Below are positions 9,691 through 18,748 of a stretch of 64,000 bases of DNA, piece by piece; position 1 is the stretch's first letter; the number at the start of each line of letters is the position of its first letter. Location of the stretch: assembly GCA_963761335.1 (NCBI GenBank), contig CAVXGR010000011.1, positions 480,001 through 544,000 on the forward strand. Direction: 5' to 3'. The notes beneath the pieces were generated by a model, which was not told the DNA's origin, made no database searches, and saw only the letters and a program-made list of their open reading frames with translations. This DNA is from an uncultured delta proteobacterium. GTDB lineage: Bacteria > Desulfobacterota > Binatia > HRBIN30 > BPIQ01. The position numbers and the translations under genes are program-made.

Positions 9691-10832
9691 TGCACCATGA
9701 GCCTTACGGCTCACCAGTAGACGATGAAAATGAGGCCGGGGATGTACCCCGGCAAGAGATTTGGAGGTTCCCGCCTGGGCGAAGTTCGCCCCGGAGGGGC
9801 GGTGGCGTGTAGCCCCGGGTGAAACCCGGGGAAGAATGCGCGCTCCGTCATACCGTCATACGCGCCCCGCCAGGGGCGCGGGCAAATTTTCGTCGATGTC
9901 GCGCCTGTACGCCGATGATCACCGCTGGGTGCATGGGGAAGCTCATCGACGTGATTCACGCGGCCTCTACGCCTGCGCCCCTCCGGGGCGCAGATCTGGG
10001 CCAATCGGAACCCGGTCCCCGGGTTGGCACCCGGGGCTACACGCCCGCGCCCCTCCGGGGCGATAATTTCCACGCCAAGCCCCTGGGCTCCTCCAGACCT
10101 TCACCCAAGACATTTTCGAAGCAGTACGTCATGAGCCTTGCGGCTCGCCAGCAGACGATGAAAATGCGCCGAGGTTCTCACCCGGGAAGAGATTTGGCGG
10201 TTCTGGCCTCGGGGAAGTTCGCCCCGGAGGGGCGGTGGCGTGTAGCCCCGGGTGAAACCCGGGGAAGAATGCGCGCTCCGTCATACCTCCGTCATACCGT
10301 CATACGCGCCCCGCCAGGGGCGCGGGCAAGTTTTCGTCGATGTCGCGCCCGTACGCCGATAATCACCACTGGGTGCGTGGGAAGCTCATCGACGTGTTTT
10401 ACGCGGCCTCTACACGCCCGCGCCCCTGCGGGGCGATAAGACCTCCACACCCAGCGCCCGGGCTCCGACAGACCCTCCGGGGCGATAAGCTCCACGCCAA
10501 GCGCCGGGGCTCCGCCAGACCTTCACCCAAGACATTTTCGAAGCAGTGCGTCATGAGCCTGCGGCTCACCAACAGACGATGAAAATGGACGGCGTCCTGA
10601 TTCACTGATCAGACGCTTGCGATGATACTTCCGCGCCACGGGGGCGGGTCTCCTCTCCCCGCATCTTTCCGCGGGGAGAGGATCAAGGTGAGGGGTTCCT
10701 GTCTCACTGAAAGCTCGTGAATCTCCACGGCCTTCACAGAGATCGGCACCCTCACCCTGACCCTCTCCCGCCAAGTAATGCGGGAGAGGGAACGCGCCCC
10801 CGAAGCGCACACCCAACAGATTTTCGAAGCAG
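9691..10832 (+). mobile_element. Three head-to-tail copies of element A (9691-10124, 10125-10546, 10547-10832)
   Basis: Each begins T(G/A)C(A/G)(T/C)CATGAGCC..GGCTC..GACGATGAAAATG and ends TTTTCGAAGCAG; third copy carries a family B palindrome instead of GTAG hairpins. Confidence 0.75.
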
Positions 10833-10904
10833 GCACCTTTTCGGCTGCGAACCGCTGGTCTCTCATCGAACCCCCTTCTTCCGCCGAAAAGGAGCCCGTC
10901 TCCC

Positions 10905-12089
10905 TCACCTTCCCCCGCCCGCCCGGTTGGCCTCGATCGAGTCGAGCGCCTGCCGCACCCGCGCCGCCACTTCCGGCGAGGGGTCGGCGTCGAGCGCGTC
11001 GAGAAAATGCTGATAGGCCGGTGTCGGCTGATGCAGGCTCTCCAGCAGCACCAGGCCGGCGCCGAGATGCGCCTGGGCGGTTCCGGGCCCGCTGGGATAG
11101 TCGCGCAGGTGTCGCCGATAGAGCACGATGGCCGCATCGGGATGGCCGTTGGCGCGCAGCCACGCGGCCAGCGCCAGGGAGTCGTCCGCCGAGAGCACCC
11201 GCCGCAGCCGCGCCTGCGGCAGCGAGAAGTACCGCCGCGCCGCCTCGGCGTAGCGCCCCTCCCGCAACGCCGCCTCGATCGGGGAGCGATCCGGCGAGGG
11301 AGGCTCGGCGGCCGCCGGCGCCGCGGCGAAGCCCGCCGGGCGCGCCGCCAGATGCCAGCGGTCCATCACGGCCGCCGCTCCCAGCCCGGCGAAGAAGCCG
11401 CCGATGTGAGCGCCGTGGGCGACGCCGCTGGCGGCGCCGCCGGAGATGAGGAAGGGGACGAGGTTGTCGAGGACCAGAAAGATCCCGAGCACCAGACGCG
11501 CCGGCACCATGATGGTGTCGATCAGGAAGGGGAAGAAGAAGACCAGCAGGCGGACGCGGTTGCGCGGAAACCAGAGGAAGTAGAAGCCGAGCACGCCCGA
11601 GATCGCCCCCGAGGCGCCGATCAGCGGCAGCTCCGAACCCGACGCGAACAGGGAGAAGAACAGCGTCGCCGCCAATCCGCAGGCGAGATACGCCAGCAGA
11701 TAACGCACCCGCCCGAGACGGTGCTCGACGTTGTCGCCGTAGATCCACAGGAAGAGCATGTTGCCGGCGAGGTGCAGGATGTTGGCGTGCAGGAAGAGCG
11801 AGAAGAAGAGATTGGCGACCGACGGCGCCGCCGGCCGATACCCGTGGCGAAAGATGAAGAGGTCGTAGGCCGAGGTCTGGCTGACGATGTCGTAGAGCGA
11901 CACCGGCCCGTGCAGGTGCTGCGCCACCGTCTCCACGTACTGGCGCAGCAGCGGGTCGCGCGGGTCGACCGCGGCGTAGCTGAGCGGCAATGAGATCAGG
12001 ACGTAGACGGCGATGTTGGCGAACAGCAGGCCGTAGTTCACCACCGGCACGCCGGGCGGATTGGGGGAATCGCCGAGCGGGAGAATCAC
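10905..12089 (-). CDS. Rhomboid family intramembrane serine protease with C-terminal TPR-like domain
   Basis: HANILHLAGNM, GASG (catalytic Ser), AHGAHIGG (catalytic His); helical C-terminus. Confidence 0.9.
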   Translation of the reverse strand: MILPLGDSPNPPGVPVVNYGLLFANIAVYVLISLPLSYAAVDPRDPLLRQYVETVAQHLHGPVSLYDIVSQTSAYDLFIFRHGYRPAAPSVANLFFSLFLHANILHLAGNMLFLWIYGDNVEHRLGRVRYLLAYLACGLAATLFFSLFASGSELPLIGASGAISGVLGFYFLWFPRNRVRLLVFFFPFLIDTIMVPARLVLGIFLVLDNLVPFLISGGAASGVAHGAHIGGFFAGLGAAAVMDRWHLAARPAGFAAAPAAAEPPSPDRSPIEAALREGRYAEAARRYFSLPQARLRRVLSADDSLALAAWLRANGHPDAAIVLYRRHLRDYPSGPGTAQAHLGAGLVLLESLHQPTPAYQHFLDALDADPSPEVAARVRQALDSIEANRAGGGR

Positions 12090-12125
12090 CGCCGTCCTCC
12101 GCGGCGTACCCCGACCGGCCGCGGA

Positions 12126-12953
12126 TCAGCGGCCGCTGAATCGCGGAGGGCGCTTCTGCACGAAGGAGGCGACACCCTCGCGAAAGTCCTCGGTGGTGAA
12201 GCTGGCGACCATCTCGGTATCGGCTTCCTCGATGACCGCGCCGAGGTCCTTGAGCAGCGCCCCGTAGATCTGCCGCTTCATGATGCGGATGGAGCGCGGC
12301 GAGCACAGGGTCGCCATCTCGGCGGCGACCTCGCGCACGGTCGCCAGCAGCGACTCGTGGGGAACGACGCGGTTGACCAGCCCCATGCGCAGCGCCTCCT
12401 CGGCGGCAATCAGGCGACCGGAGTAGAGCAGCTCGCAGGCGTTCGCCAGGCCGACCAGGCGCGGCAGCAGATAGGCGGTGCCGTGCTCGGCCACCAGTCC
12501 CCGGCGCGAGAACACGGTGCCGAAGCGGGCGCGCTCCGAGGCGATGCGCATGTCGTAGAAGAGCATGTACGAGAGTCCGAGACCGGCGGCGACGCCGTTG
12601 ACGGCGGCGATCACCGGCTTGTGCAGCGCCATGGGATAGCTGTACGGGCCGCGGAACGCGGCCGGGACCGCGGCGTCCGCCGGCGCGGGCGGCGAAGACG
12701 ACAGCGCCGCGGCATCTCCGGCGTCGCCGCTCTGTAGACCCTGCAGCATGTTCATGTCGGCCCCGGCGCAGTATCCCTTGCCGGCGCCGGTGACCACGAT
12801 GACCCGCACCTCGCCGTCGGCGTCGGCGCGGCGGCAGGCGTGCTCCACCTCGGCGCCCATGCGCATGGTCCAGGCGTTCAGCTTCTCCGGACGGTTGAGC
12901 GTGATCGTGGCGATGCGGTCGGCGACCTCGTAGAGAATCTGCTGGTAGTCCAT
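12126..12953 (-). CDS. Enoyl-CoA hydratase/isomerase family protein
   Basis: TITLNRPEKLNA, CAGADM, KPVIAAVNG, EDFREGVASF; real start MDYQQ at 12953 within listed ORF 12126..14390. Confidence 0.92.
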   Translation of the reverse strand: MDYQQILYEVADRIATITLNRPEKLNAWTMRMGAEVEHACRRADADGEVRVIVVTGAGKGYCAGADMNMLQGLQSGDAGDAAALSSSPPAPADAAVPAAFRGPYSYPMALHKPVIAAVNGVAAGLGLSYMLFYDMRIASERARFGTVFSRRGLVAEHGTAYLLPRLVGLANACELLYSGRLIAAEEALRMGLVNRVVPHESLLATVREVAAEMATLCSPRSIRIMKRQIYGALLKDLGAVIEEADTEMVASFTTEDFREGVASFVQKRPPRFSGR

Positions 12954-13076
12954 CGCTGTTGGCAAAACGGCTATCGCGGATGTCGCGCAACTGCAATGGC
13001 GCCGACAGTGTACGGGGAAAATGGCGGCGCCGTCCGGCATTTGCCTTAGCCCCGCGAGGCGACGCATAAAGAGGAG

Positions 13077-14258
13077 GTGGAGAAGAGCAATACGCGACAG
13101 CGCCGGCGTCACCGGGGCCGCGGCGGTGAGCTCGGCATGGTGCTCTCCGGCGGCGGTGCCCGCGGTGCCTTTCAGGTCGGCGTCTACGAGCGCCTGCTGC
13201 GCGATCCGCGCTTCGCCGGCGGACCGCGGGTGCTCTCCGGGACCTCGGCCGGCGCCATCAACGCGGCGCTGATCGCCGCCGGGCGCTCGCCGCGGCAGAT
13301 GATGGATTTCTGGAACGGCATCGCCGACGACCCTCCGGTGACAGCGAGCTCGCTCTTCTTCCACAGCGCCGTGAGCACCTTCCTGCGCCTCACGCTCGAG
13401 GAGATGGCCGGCTGGTGGCTGCGACCCGACCGCGCGGTGCGGGCGCTGATCCGGCGCGCCCGCAATCACCTCCCGCCGCAGCGGGGCACCCTGGTGGCTC
13501 TGTGGGTCGAGTATCTGCTGACGGCGCGCTTCGAGATGGTGAGCCGTTTCCTCGACGGCATCCGCGAGCCCTTCGTCGCCGACACCAGCCGCCTGCGCCA
13601 GCGCCTGATCGACACCTTCGGCGGCGAGGAGATTCCCACCAACGGCCTGCGCCTCGCCATCAATACAGTCGATGCCCACACCGGGCGGGTGGTGCGCTTC
13701 GTCACCGCGGAGACGCCGCTGACGCGACCGCCGGACTACGTGATCGTCGAATCGATCACCGTCGATATGATCCTCGCCAGCGCCAGCATCCCCCTGCTCT
13801 TTCCGCCGGTGCAGATCGGTCCGCACCTGCTCTGGGACGGCGGCCTGCTGGTGAACACGCCGCTGGCGCCGGTGGTGGCGCTCGGCGCCGACGAGATCAT
13901 CACCGTCCTGGTCACCGAGCCCCCCGACCCGCAGCCCGGTCCGTTCAGCGGCTTCGGCCGCGCCGTCGAGCGCACCGCCGACAGCTTTTTGGAGAACGCC
14001 TACAACATCGACCGCAAGCTGCTCCTCGAGCGCAACCGCCTGGCGCACTTCGAGAACTCGCCCTATCGCGACGTCACCCTGTACGAGCCGGTGCGGCCGC
14101 CGCGCTCCGCCTGCTTCAACGCCGGCTCCTACCTCTACTTCGACCGCGAGGTGCTGAAAGCCATGCACGACGCCGGCAAGCGCGCCGGCAACAGCTGGCT
14201 GGCGGCAGGGCCACGCATCGACCAGCTGAGCGAGGGCGCCGCCGGCGCCGCGGCGTAA
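13077..14258 (+). CDS. Patatin-like phospholipase
   Basis: LSGGGARG, GTSAG, ASASIP, DGG motifs. Confidence 0.9.
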   Translation: MEKSNTRQRRRHRGRGGELGMVLSGGGARGAFQVGVYERLLRDPRFAGGPRVLSGTSAGAINAALIAAGRSPRQMMDFWNGIADDPPVTASSLFFHSAVSTFLRLTLEEMAGWWLRPDRAVRALIRRARNHLPPQRGTLVALWVEYLLTARFEMVSRFLDGIREPFVADTSRLRQRLIDTFGGEEIPTNGLRLAINTVDAHTGRVVRFVTAETPLTRPPDYVIVESITVDMILASASIPLLFPPVQIGPHLLWDGGLLVNTPLAPVVALGADEIITVLVTEPPDPQPGPFSGFGRAVERTADSFLENAYNIDRKLLLERNRLAHFENSPYRDVTLYEPVRPPRSACFNAGSYLYFDREVLKAMHDAGKRAGNSWLAAGPRIDQLSEGAAGAAA

Positions 14259-14261
14259 GGA

Positions 14262-14311
14262 GTAGAAGCGCCGTCTCGGCGCTTCCCGAAGCGGCGAGAC
14301 GCCGCTTCTAC
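14262..14311. repeat. 50-bp GTAG double-hairpin REP-like unit (family D)
   Basis: GTAGAAGCGCCGTCTCGGCGCTTCCCGAAGCGGCGAGACGCCGCTTCTAC; near-identical copies at 18567-18616, 26720-26769, 40029-40078, 63018-63067 and five at 29661-30014. Confidence 0.85.
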
Positions 14312-14378
14312 GTCGGCCCGCGAGACGGCGGGAATCGTCGGCTGGCGTTGTCAGACCCCAGATTGGTCCGGCCCGCCC

Positions 14379-14394
14379 TGGCGCCACCATTGCA
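14379..14394 (+). promoter_or_regulatory. Candidate sigma-54 promoter for second citrate synthase
   Basis: TGGCGCCACCATTGCA has GG-N10-GC spacing with TGGC and TTGCA half-sites, 37 nt before ATG 14432. Confidence 0.5.
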
Positions 14395-14431
14395 CTGGCG
14401 CGCGTTTGCGCTAATGTCGTCTGCGAGGTCG

Positions 14432-15769
14432 ATGACCCGGATGCCCCGCAACAGCCTCACCATCACCGACAACCGCACCGGCAAGCAGTACGAGATCCCC
14501 ATCGAGCTGGGCGCCATTCACGCCGCCCAGCTCCGCCAGGTGCGCGTCTCCGACGAGGATCCGGGGCTGCGCTCCTACGACCCCGCCCTGCGGCACACGG
14601 CGGTGTGCAAGAGCCGCATCACCGAGATCGACTGCGTCGGCGACACGTTGCGCTATCGCGGCTACGACGTCGCCGAGCTGGCGGAGAAGAGCAACTACCT
14701 CGAGACGGCGTACCTGATCGTCAAGGGGGAGCTCCCGGACCGCAAGCACTTCGAGATGTGGAAGCACAACATCGTCGTGCACACCATGGTGCACGAGAAC
14801 ATCAAGAAGTTCATGGACGGCTTCCGCTACAACGCTCATCCGATGGGCATCCTGCTGGGCACCATCGGAGCCCTCTCGACCTTCTATCCGGACGCCAAGA
14901 ACATCATGGATCTGGAGTCGCGCCGGCTGCAGACGCGGCGCCTCATCGGCAAGCTGCCGACGCTCGCCGCCTGCGCCTACCGGCGCACCCGCGGCCTGCC
15001 GTACGTCTATCCCGACAACGAGCTCAGCTACACCGGCAATCTGCTGTCCATGCTCTTCAAGATGACCGAGCTGCGCTACCGGCCGGACCCCATCCTCGAG
15101 CGCGCCCTCGACGTGCTCTTCATCCTCTACGGCGACCACGAGCAGAGCTGCTCGACCACGGCGCTGCGCACGGTCTCCAGCTCGCACGTCGACCCCTTCT
15201 CGGCCGTGGCCGCCGCCGTCGCCGCCCTCGATGGTCCCCTGCACGGCGGCGCCAATGAGGAAGTGGTGCGCATGCTGGAGGAGATCGGCTCACCGAAGCG
15301 CGTCCCCGAGTTCCTGGGGCGCGTCAAATCGGGCGCCGCCAACCTCATCGGCTTCGGGCGCCACGTCTACGGCCGCTACGACCCGCGAGTGACGATCATC
15401 AAGCGGGTCGCCGAGGAGGTCTTCGAGGTCACCGGGCGCGACCCGCTCATGGACGTCGCCCTGGAGATCGACCGCATCACCCAGGAAGAGGACTGGTTCG
15501 CCTCCCGCAACCTCTACCCGGACATCGACTTCTACTCGGGCATCATCTACCGGGCCATGCGCTTGCCGAGCACCATGTTCCCGGTGATGTTCGTCATCCC
15601 CCGCACCGCCGGCTGGATGGCGCACTGGGCGGAGCTGGTCCGCGATCCCGAGCAGGGGCTGGCGCAGGCGCACCAGCTCTACGTCGGCGAGCCGCCGCGC
15701 CCGTGGAATCCCATCGAGCAGCGGCCCGAGCCGACGATGCGCGAAGACGCCGTCAGCGAGCGCATCTAG
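14432..15769 (+). CDS. Citrate synthase paralog with altered active-site motifs
   Basis: Colinear with 907..2211 (HTMVHENIKKF, HPMGIL, GPLHGGAN, DFYSG) but has YGDHEQS, GFGRHVY and LAQAHQ; GAGG RBS before ATG 14432. Confidence 0.9.
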   Translation: MTRMPRNSLTITDNRTGKQYEIPIELGAIHAAQLRQVRVSDEDPGLRSYDPALRHTAVCKSRITEIDCVGDTLRYRGYDVAELAEKSNYLETAYLIVKGELPDRKHFEMWKHNIVVHTMVHENIKKFMDGFRYNAHPMGILLGTIGALSTFYPDAKNIMDLESRRLQTRRLIGKLPTLAACAYRRTRGLPYVYPDNELSYTGNLLSMLFKMTELRYRPDPILERALDVLFILYGDHEQSCSTTALRTVSSSHVDPFSAVAAAVAALDGPLHGGANEEVVRMLEEIGSPKRVPEFLGRVKSGAANLIGFGRHVYGRYDPRVTIIKRVAEEVFEVTGRDPLMDVALEIDRITQEEDWFASRNLYPDIDFYSGIIYRAMRLPSTMFPVMFVIPRTAGWMAHWAELVRDPEQGLAQAHQLYVGEPPRPWNPIEQRPEPTMREDAVSERI

Positions 15770-15839
15770 CCTCCGCCACGCCCCTGTCTGGGCACTGCCG
15801 CGCAGTTGTGCTAGTGCTCGGCGGCCGCCTTCGCCCGCC

Positions 15840-16556
15840 ATGGAGCTATCGCTGGTCATCCCCGCCCGCAACGAAGCCGAGAACATCGAGCCGCTGATCC
15901 GGGAAATTCGCGCCGCTCTCGACGGGCACCTGGACTACGAGGTCGTCTTCGTGGACGACGGCAGCGACGATCAGACGGCAGAGGTGCTGCGGCGCGTCCG
16001 GCTCGAGTTCCCCCGGCTGCGCGCCGTCCGCCACGCGCGCAGCTGCGGCCAGAGCGCCGCCATCCGCAGCGGCATCGAGGCGGCCCGGGCTCCGTGGGTG
16101 TTGACCATGGACGGAGACGGTCAGGACGATCCGGCCGATGCCCCGCGGCTGCTCGCGGCGCGCCGCGAGGAGGGCGGCCGGCCACTGCTCGTCTGCGGCT
16201 ACCGCCGCCTGCGCCGCGACGGCTGGGTCAAGCGAATGTCGTCCCGCATCGCCAACGGCGTGCGCAGCCGCCTTCTCGGGGACGCCACCCCCGACACCGG
16301 CTGCGGCCTCAAGCTCTGCCGGCGCGATCTTTTTCTCTCCCTGCCATTCTTCGACCACATGCATCGCTTTCTGCCGGCGCTGGTGATTCGCGCCGGCGGC
16401 GAGGTGACCTCGGTCGAGGTTCACCACCGGCCGCGGCTGCGGGGGACGTCGAACTACGGCATTCACAACCGCCTGTGGGTGGGAATCGTCGACATGCTGG
16501 GAGTCATGTGGCTGCAGAGACGGGCGAAATTTCCAGTCACCGCGGGGCAGGAGTAG
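15840..16556 (+). CDS. GT2 polyprenol-phosphate glycosyltransferase (Dpm1/ArnC-like)
   Basis: VIPARNE, VDDGSDD, MDGDGQDDP, DTGCGLK, HMHRFLPAL. Confidence 0.92.
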   Translation: MELSLVIPARNEAENIEPLIREIRAALDGHLDYEVVFVDDGSDDQTAEVLRRVRLEFPRLRAVRHARSCGQSAAIRSGIEAARAPWVLTMDGDGQDDPADAPRLLAARREEGGRPLLVCGYRRLRRDGWVKRMSSRIANGVRSRLLGDATPDTGCGLKLCRRDLFLSLPFFDHMHRFLPALVIRAGGEVTSVEVHHRPRLRGTSNYGIHNRLWVGIVDMLGVMWLQRRAKFPVTAGQE

Positions 16557-16558
16557 CA

Positions 16559-16852
16559 ATGCAGGGGGAACATTTTTGGCTGGTGGTCGGCTTCGCCGGC
16601 CAGGCGATCTTCTCGATGCGCTTTCTGGTGCAGTGGATCCAGAGCGAGCGCCGCGGCCGCAGCGTCATTCCGGTCGCCTTCTGGTATCTGAGCCTGCTCG
16701 GCGGCGTGACCCTGCTGGCGTACGCGGTGCACAAGCTCGACCCGGTGTTCATCGCCGGTCAGCTCGGCGGGCTGGCGGTCTACGCCCGCAACCTCCACCT
16801 CATCGGCCGCGAGCGCCAGCGGGAAGAAACTGCCGGGACCGTCAAGGCGTGA
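16559..16852 (+). CDS. Lipid A biosynthesis N-terminal (LAB_N) domain small membrane protein
   Basis: GQAIFSMRFLVQWIQSERRGRSVIPVAFWYLSLLGG...DPVFI...YARNL is the characteristic pattern. Confidence 0.88.
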   Translation: MQGEHFWLVVGFAGQAIFSMRFLVQWIQSERRGRSVIPVAFWYLSLLGGVTLLAYAVHKLDPVFIAGQLGGLAVYARNLHLIGRERQREETAGTVKA

Positions 16853-18477
16853 GCAAGCACTCCCTCTCCTGGGAGCCGGCGCTCTGGGGCGGGCTGTGCC
16901 TGCTCCTCACCGCGGTGGCGATCGTCACCCGGCCGCTTCTACCGATCGACGAGACCCGCTATCTCTCCGTCGCCTGGGAGATGTGGCTGCGCGGCAAGCT
17001 CCTGGTACCGATCATGAACGGCCAGCCGTACAGCGACAAGCCGCCGCTGCTCTTCTGGCTGATCAACGCGACGTGGGGACTCTTCGGCGTCAACGACTGG
17101 TCGCCGCGGCTGCTGCCAGGCATCTTCTCCCTGGGCGTTCTGTTTCTCACCCACCGCCTCGGGCGGCTGCTCTGGCCCGAGCGCCCCGAGGTAGCGCGCA
17201 CGGCGCCCGTGCTGCTGGCCGGTATCGGCTTCTGGGCGGTGTTCAGCACGGTCGTCCTCTTCGACATGCTGCTCGGCCTGTTCACCGTGCTCGGGCTGCT
17301 CGGCGTGGTCATCGCCTGGCGCCGCGACCGCTGGCAGGCGTGGCTGCTGGTCGGCGTCGCCATCGGCCTCGGGGTGCTCAGCAAGGGTCCGGTGATTCTG
17401 GTCAACGTGGTTCCTCCGGCGCTGCTGGCACCGCTCTGGCTTCCCCGCCCACACCGCTGGGGCCGCTGGTACGCGGGCGTCATCGGCGCGGTGCTGCTCG
17501 GCGCCGCAATCGCCCTCGCCTGGGCCATACCGGCGGGCAACGCCGGCGGCCCCGAGTATCGCGACGCCATCTTCTGGGGGCAGACGGCGAATCGCATGGT
17601 CCGCTCTTTTGCGCATCAACGACCGCTCTGGTGGTATCTGCCGCTGCTGCCGCTGCTTCTTCTGCCCTTCTCCATATGGCCGACACTGTGGCGCGCCTTC
17701 GGCCGTCTGCGCGGCGCCATCGGCGAACCGGGCATGCGCTTCTGCCTCACTTGGGCGCTCTCCGTGCTCCTCATCTTCTCGCTGATCAGCGGTAAGCAGG
17801 TGCACTACGTGCTGCCGATGTTCCCGGCTCTGGCACTGCTCTCGGCGCGACTGCTGGTGGGTGTGCGTGGCGAGCAGGGCGATCAGATGCTGCCGTCTTT
17901 CCTGCTTCTCGCCGCCGGCGCGATTTTCGCGATCGCTCCTCTGGCAATGCGCTATCTGCCGATCCCCTGGGCGAGCGCGGCGCAGCCCGCCGCCTGGATC
18001 GCGGCCATCTCGCCGCTGTGGGGACTCGGGCTCATCGTCCTCGGCCTGCTGTTGCGCAGGAGCGCCTTCCCCGATCCCCGCTACGGCACCGCGGTGGTGA
18101 CCCTGGCCACCGGCGCGGTGCTCATCGCCGTCCACTTCTCCGCCATGGGCGCCGTCAATCGGGCCTACGACCTGCGGCCGATCAGCCGATTTCTCGCCGG
18201 CGTCGAGGCGGCTGGCCACCCGATCGCACACGTCGGCAAGTACGATGATCAGTATCACTTCGCCGGACGGCTGCGGCAGCCGCTCGAGGTGCTCGCTCCC
18301 GACGAGGTCTACGCCTGGATCCAGGAGCACCCCGACGGCAAGGTGGTGCGCTACTACCGAGGGCCGCAGGCGGAAGAAGCGATCGCGCCCGACTACTCCC
18401 AGCCCTACCGCGGCCTCACCGTCGAGGTCTGGGGCCGCGAGCAGGTGATCGCCTCGATCTTCGCCAACTGCTCGTAA
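16849..18477 (+). CDS. ArnT/PMT-like GT-C membrane glycosyltransferase
   Basis: DETRY, YSDKPPLLFWL, LSKGPV, HQRPLWWY, SGKQVHY; many TMs; GTG start overlaps upstream stop (GTGA). Confidence 0.9.
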   Translation: MSKHSLSWEPALWGGLCLLLTAVAIVTRPLLPIDETRYLSVAWEMWLRGKLLVPIMNGQPYSDKPPLLFWLINATWGLFGVNDWSPRLLPGIFSLGVLFLTHRLGRLLWPERPEVARTAPVLLAGIGFWAVFSTVVLFDMLLGLFTVLGLLGVVIAWRRDRWQAWLLVGVAIGLGVLSKGPVILVNVVPPALLAPLWLPRPHRWGRWYAGVIGAVLLGAAIALAWAIPAGNAGGPEYRDAIFWGQTANRMVRSFAHQRPLWWYLPLLPLLLLPFSIWPTLWRAFGRLRGAIGEPGMRFCLTWALSVLLIFSLISGKQVHYVLPMFPALALLSARLLVGVRGEQGDQMLPSFLLLAAGAIFAIAPLAMRYLPIPWASAAQPAAWIAAISPLWGLGLIVLGLLLRRSAFPDPRYGTAVVTLATGAVLIAVHFSAMGAVNRAYDLRPISRFLAGVEAAGHPIAHVGKYDDQYHFAGRLRQPLEVLAPDEVYAWIQEHPDGKVVRYYRGPQAEEAIAPDYSQPYRGLTVEVWGREQVIASIFANCS

Positions 18478-18748
18478 GCGGGCGCCACACGCCTGCGCCC
18501 CTGGCGGGGCGCGCCGGGGAAGGCCGACGCCGTCCCCTGGGTCGAGAGGTTATTATCTCAACCGAAGTAGAAGCGCCGTCCCGGCGCTTTCCGAAGCGGC
18601 GAGACGCCGCTTCTACTTGTCCCGCGGGGCCGGCGAATTCGTTTTGCCCAGGTTTTGAGACAGCCTCTACCACCCCCGGCGCTACACGCCTGCGCCCCTG
18701 GCGGGGCGCTGAATCCCTTGCCCGAACCGTTCCCCCGGGTTTCACCCG

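Noticed and set aside
7953..10832. Autonomous insertion sequence
   Set aside because: No transposase-like ORF (HUH, DDE or DEDD motifs) within or next to the repeats.
12126..15769. 754-aa and 784-aa fusion-like ORFs
   Set aside because: The N-terminal extensions overlap the patatin gene; recognisable domains begin at 12953 and 14432.
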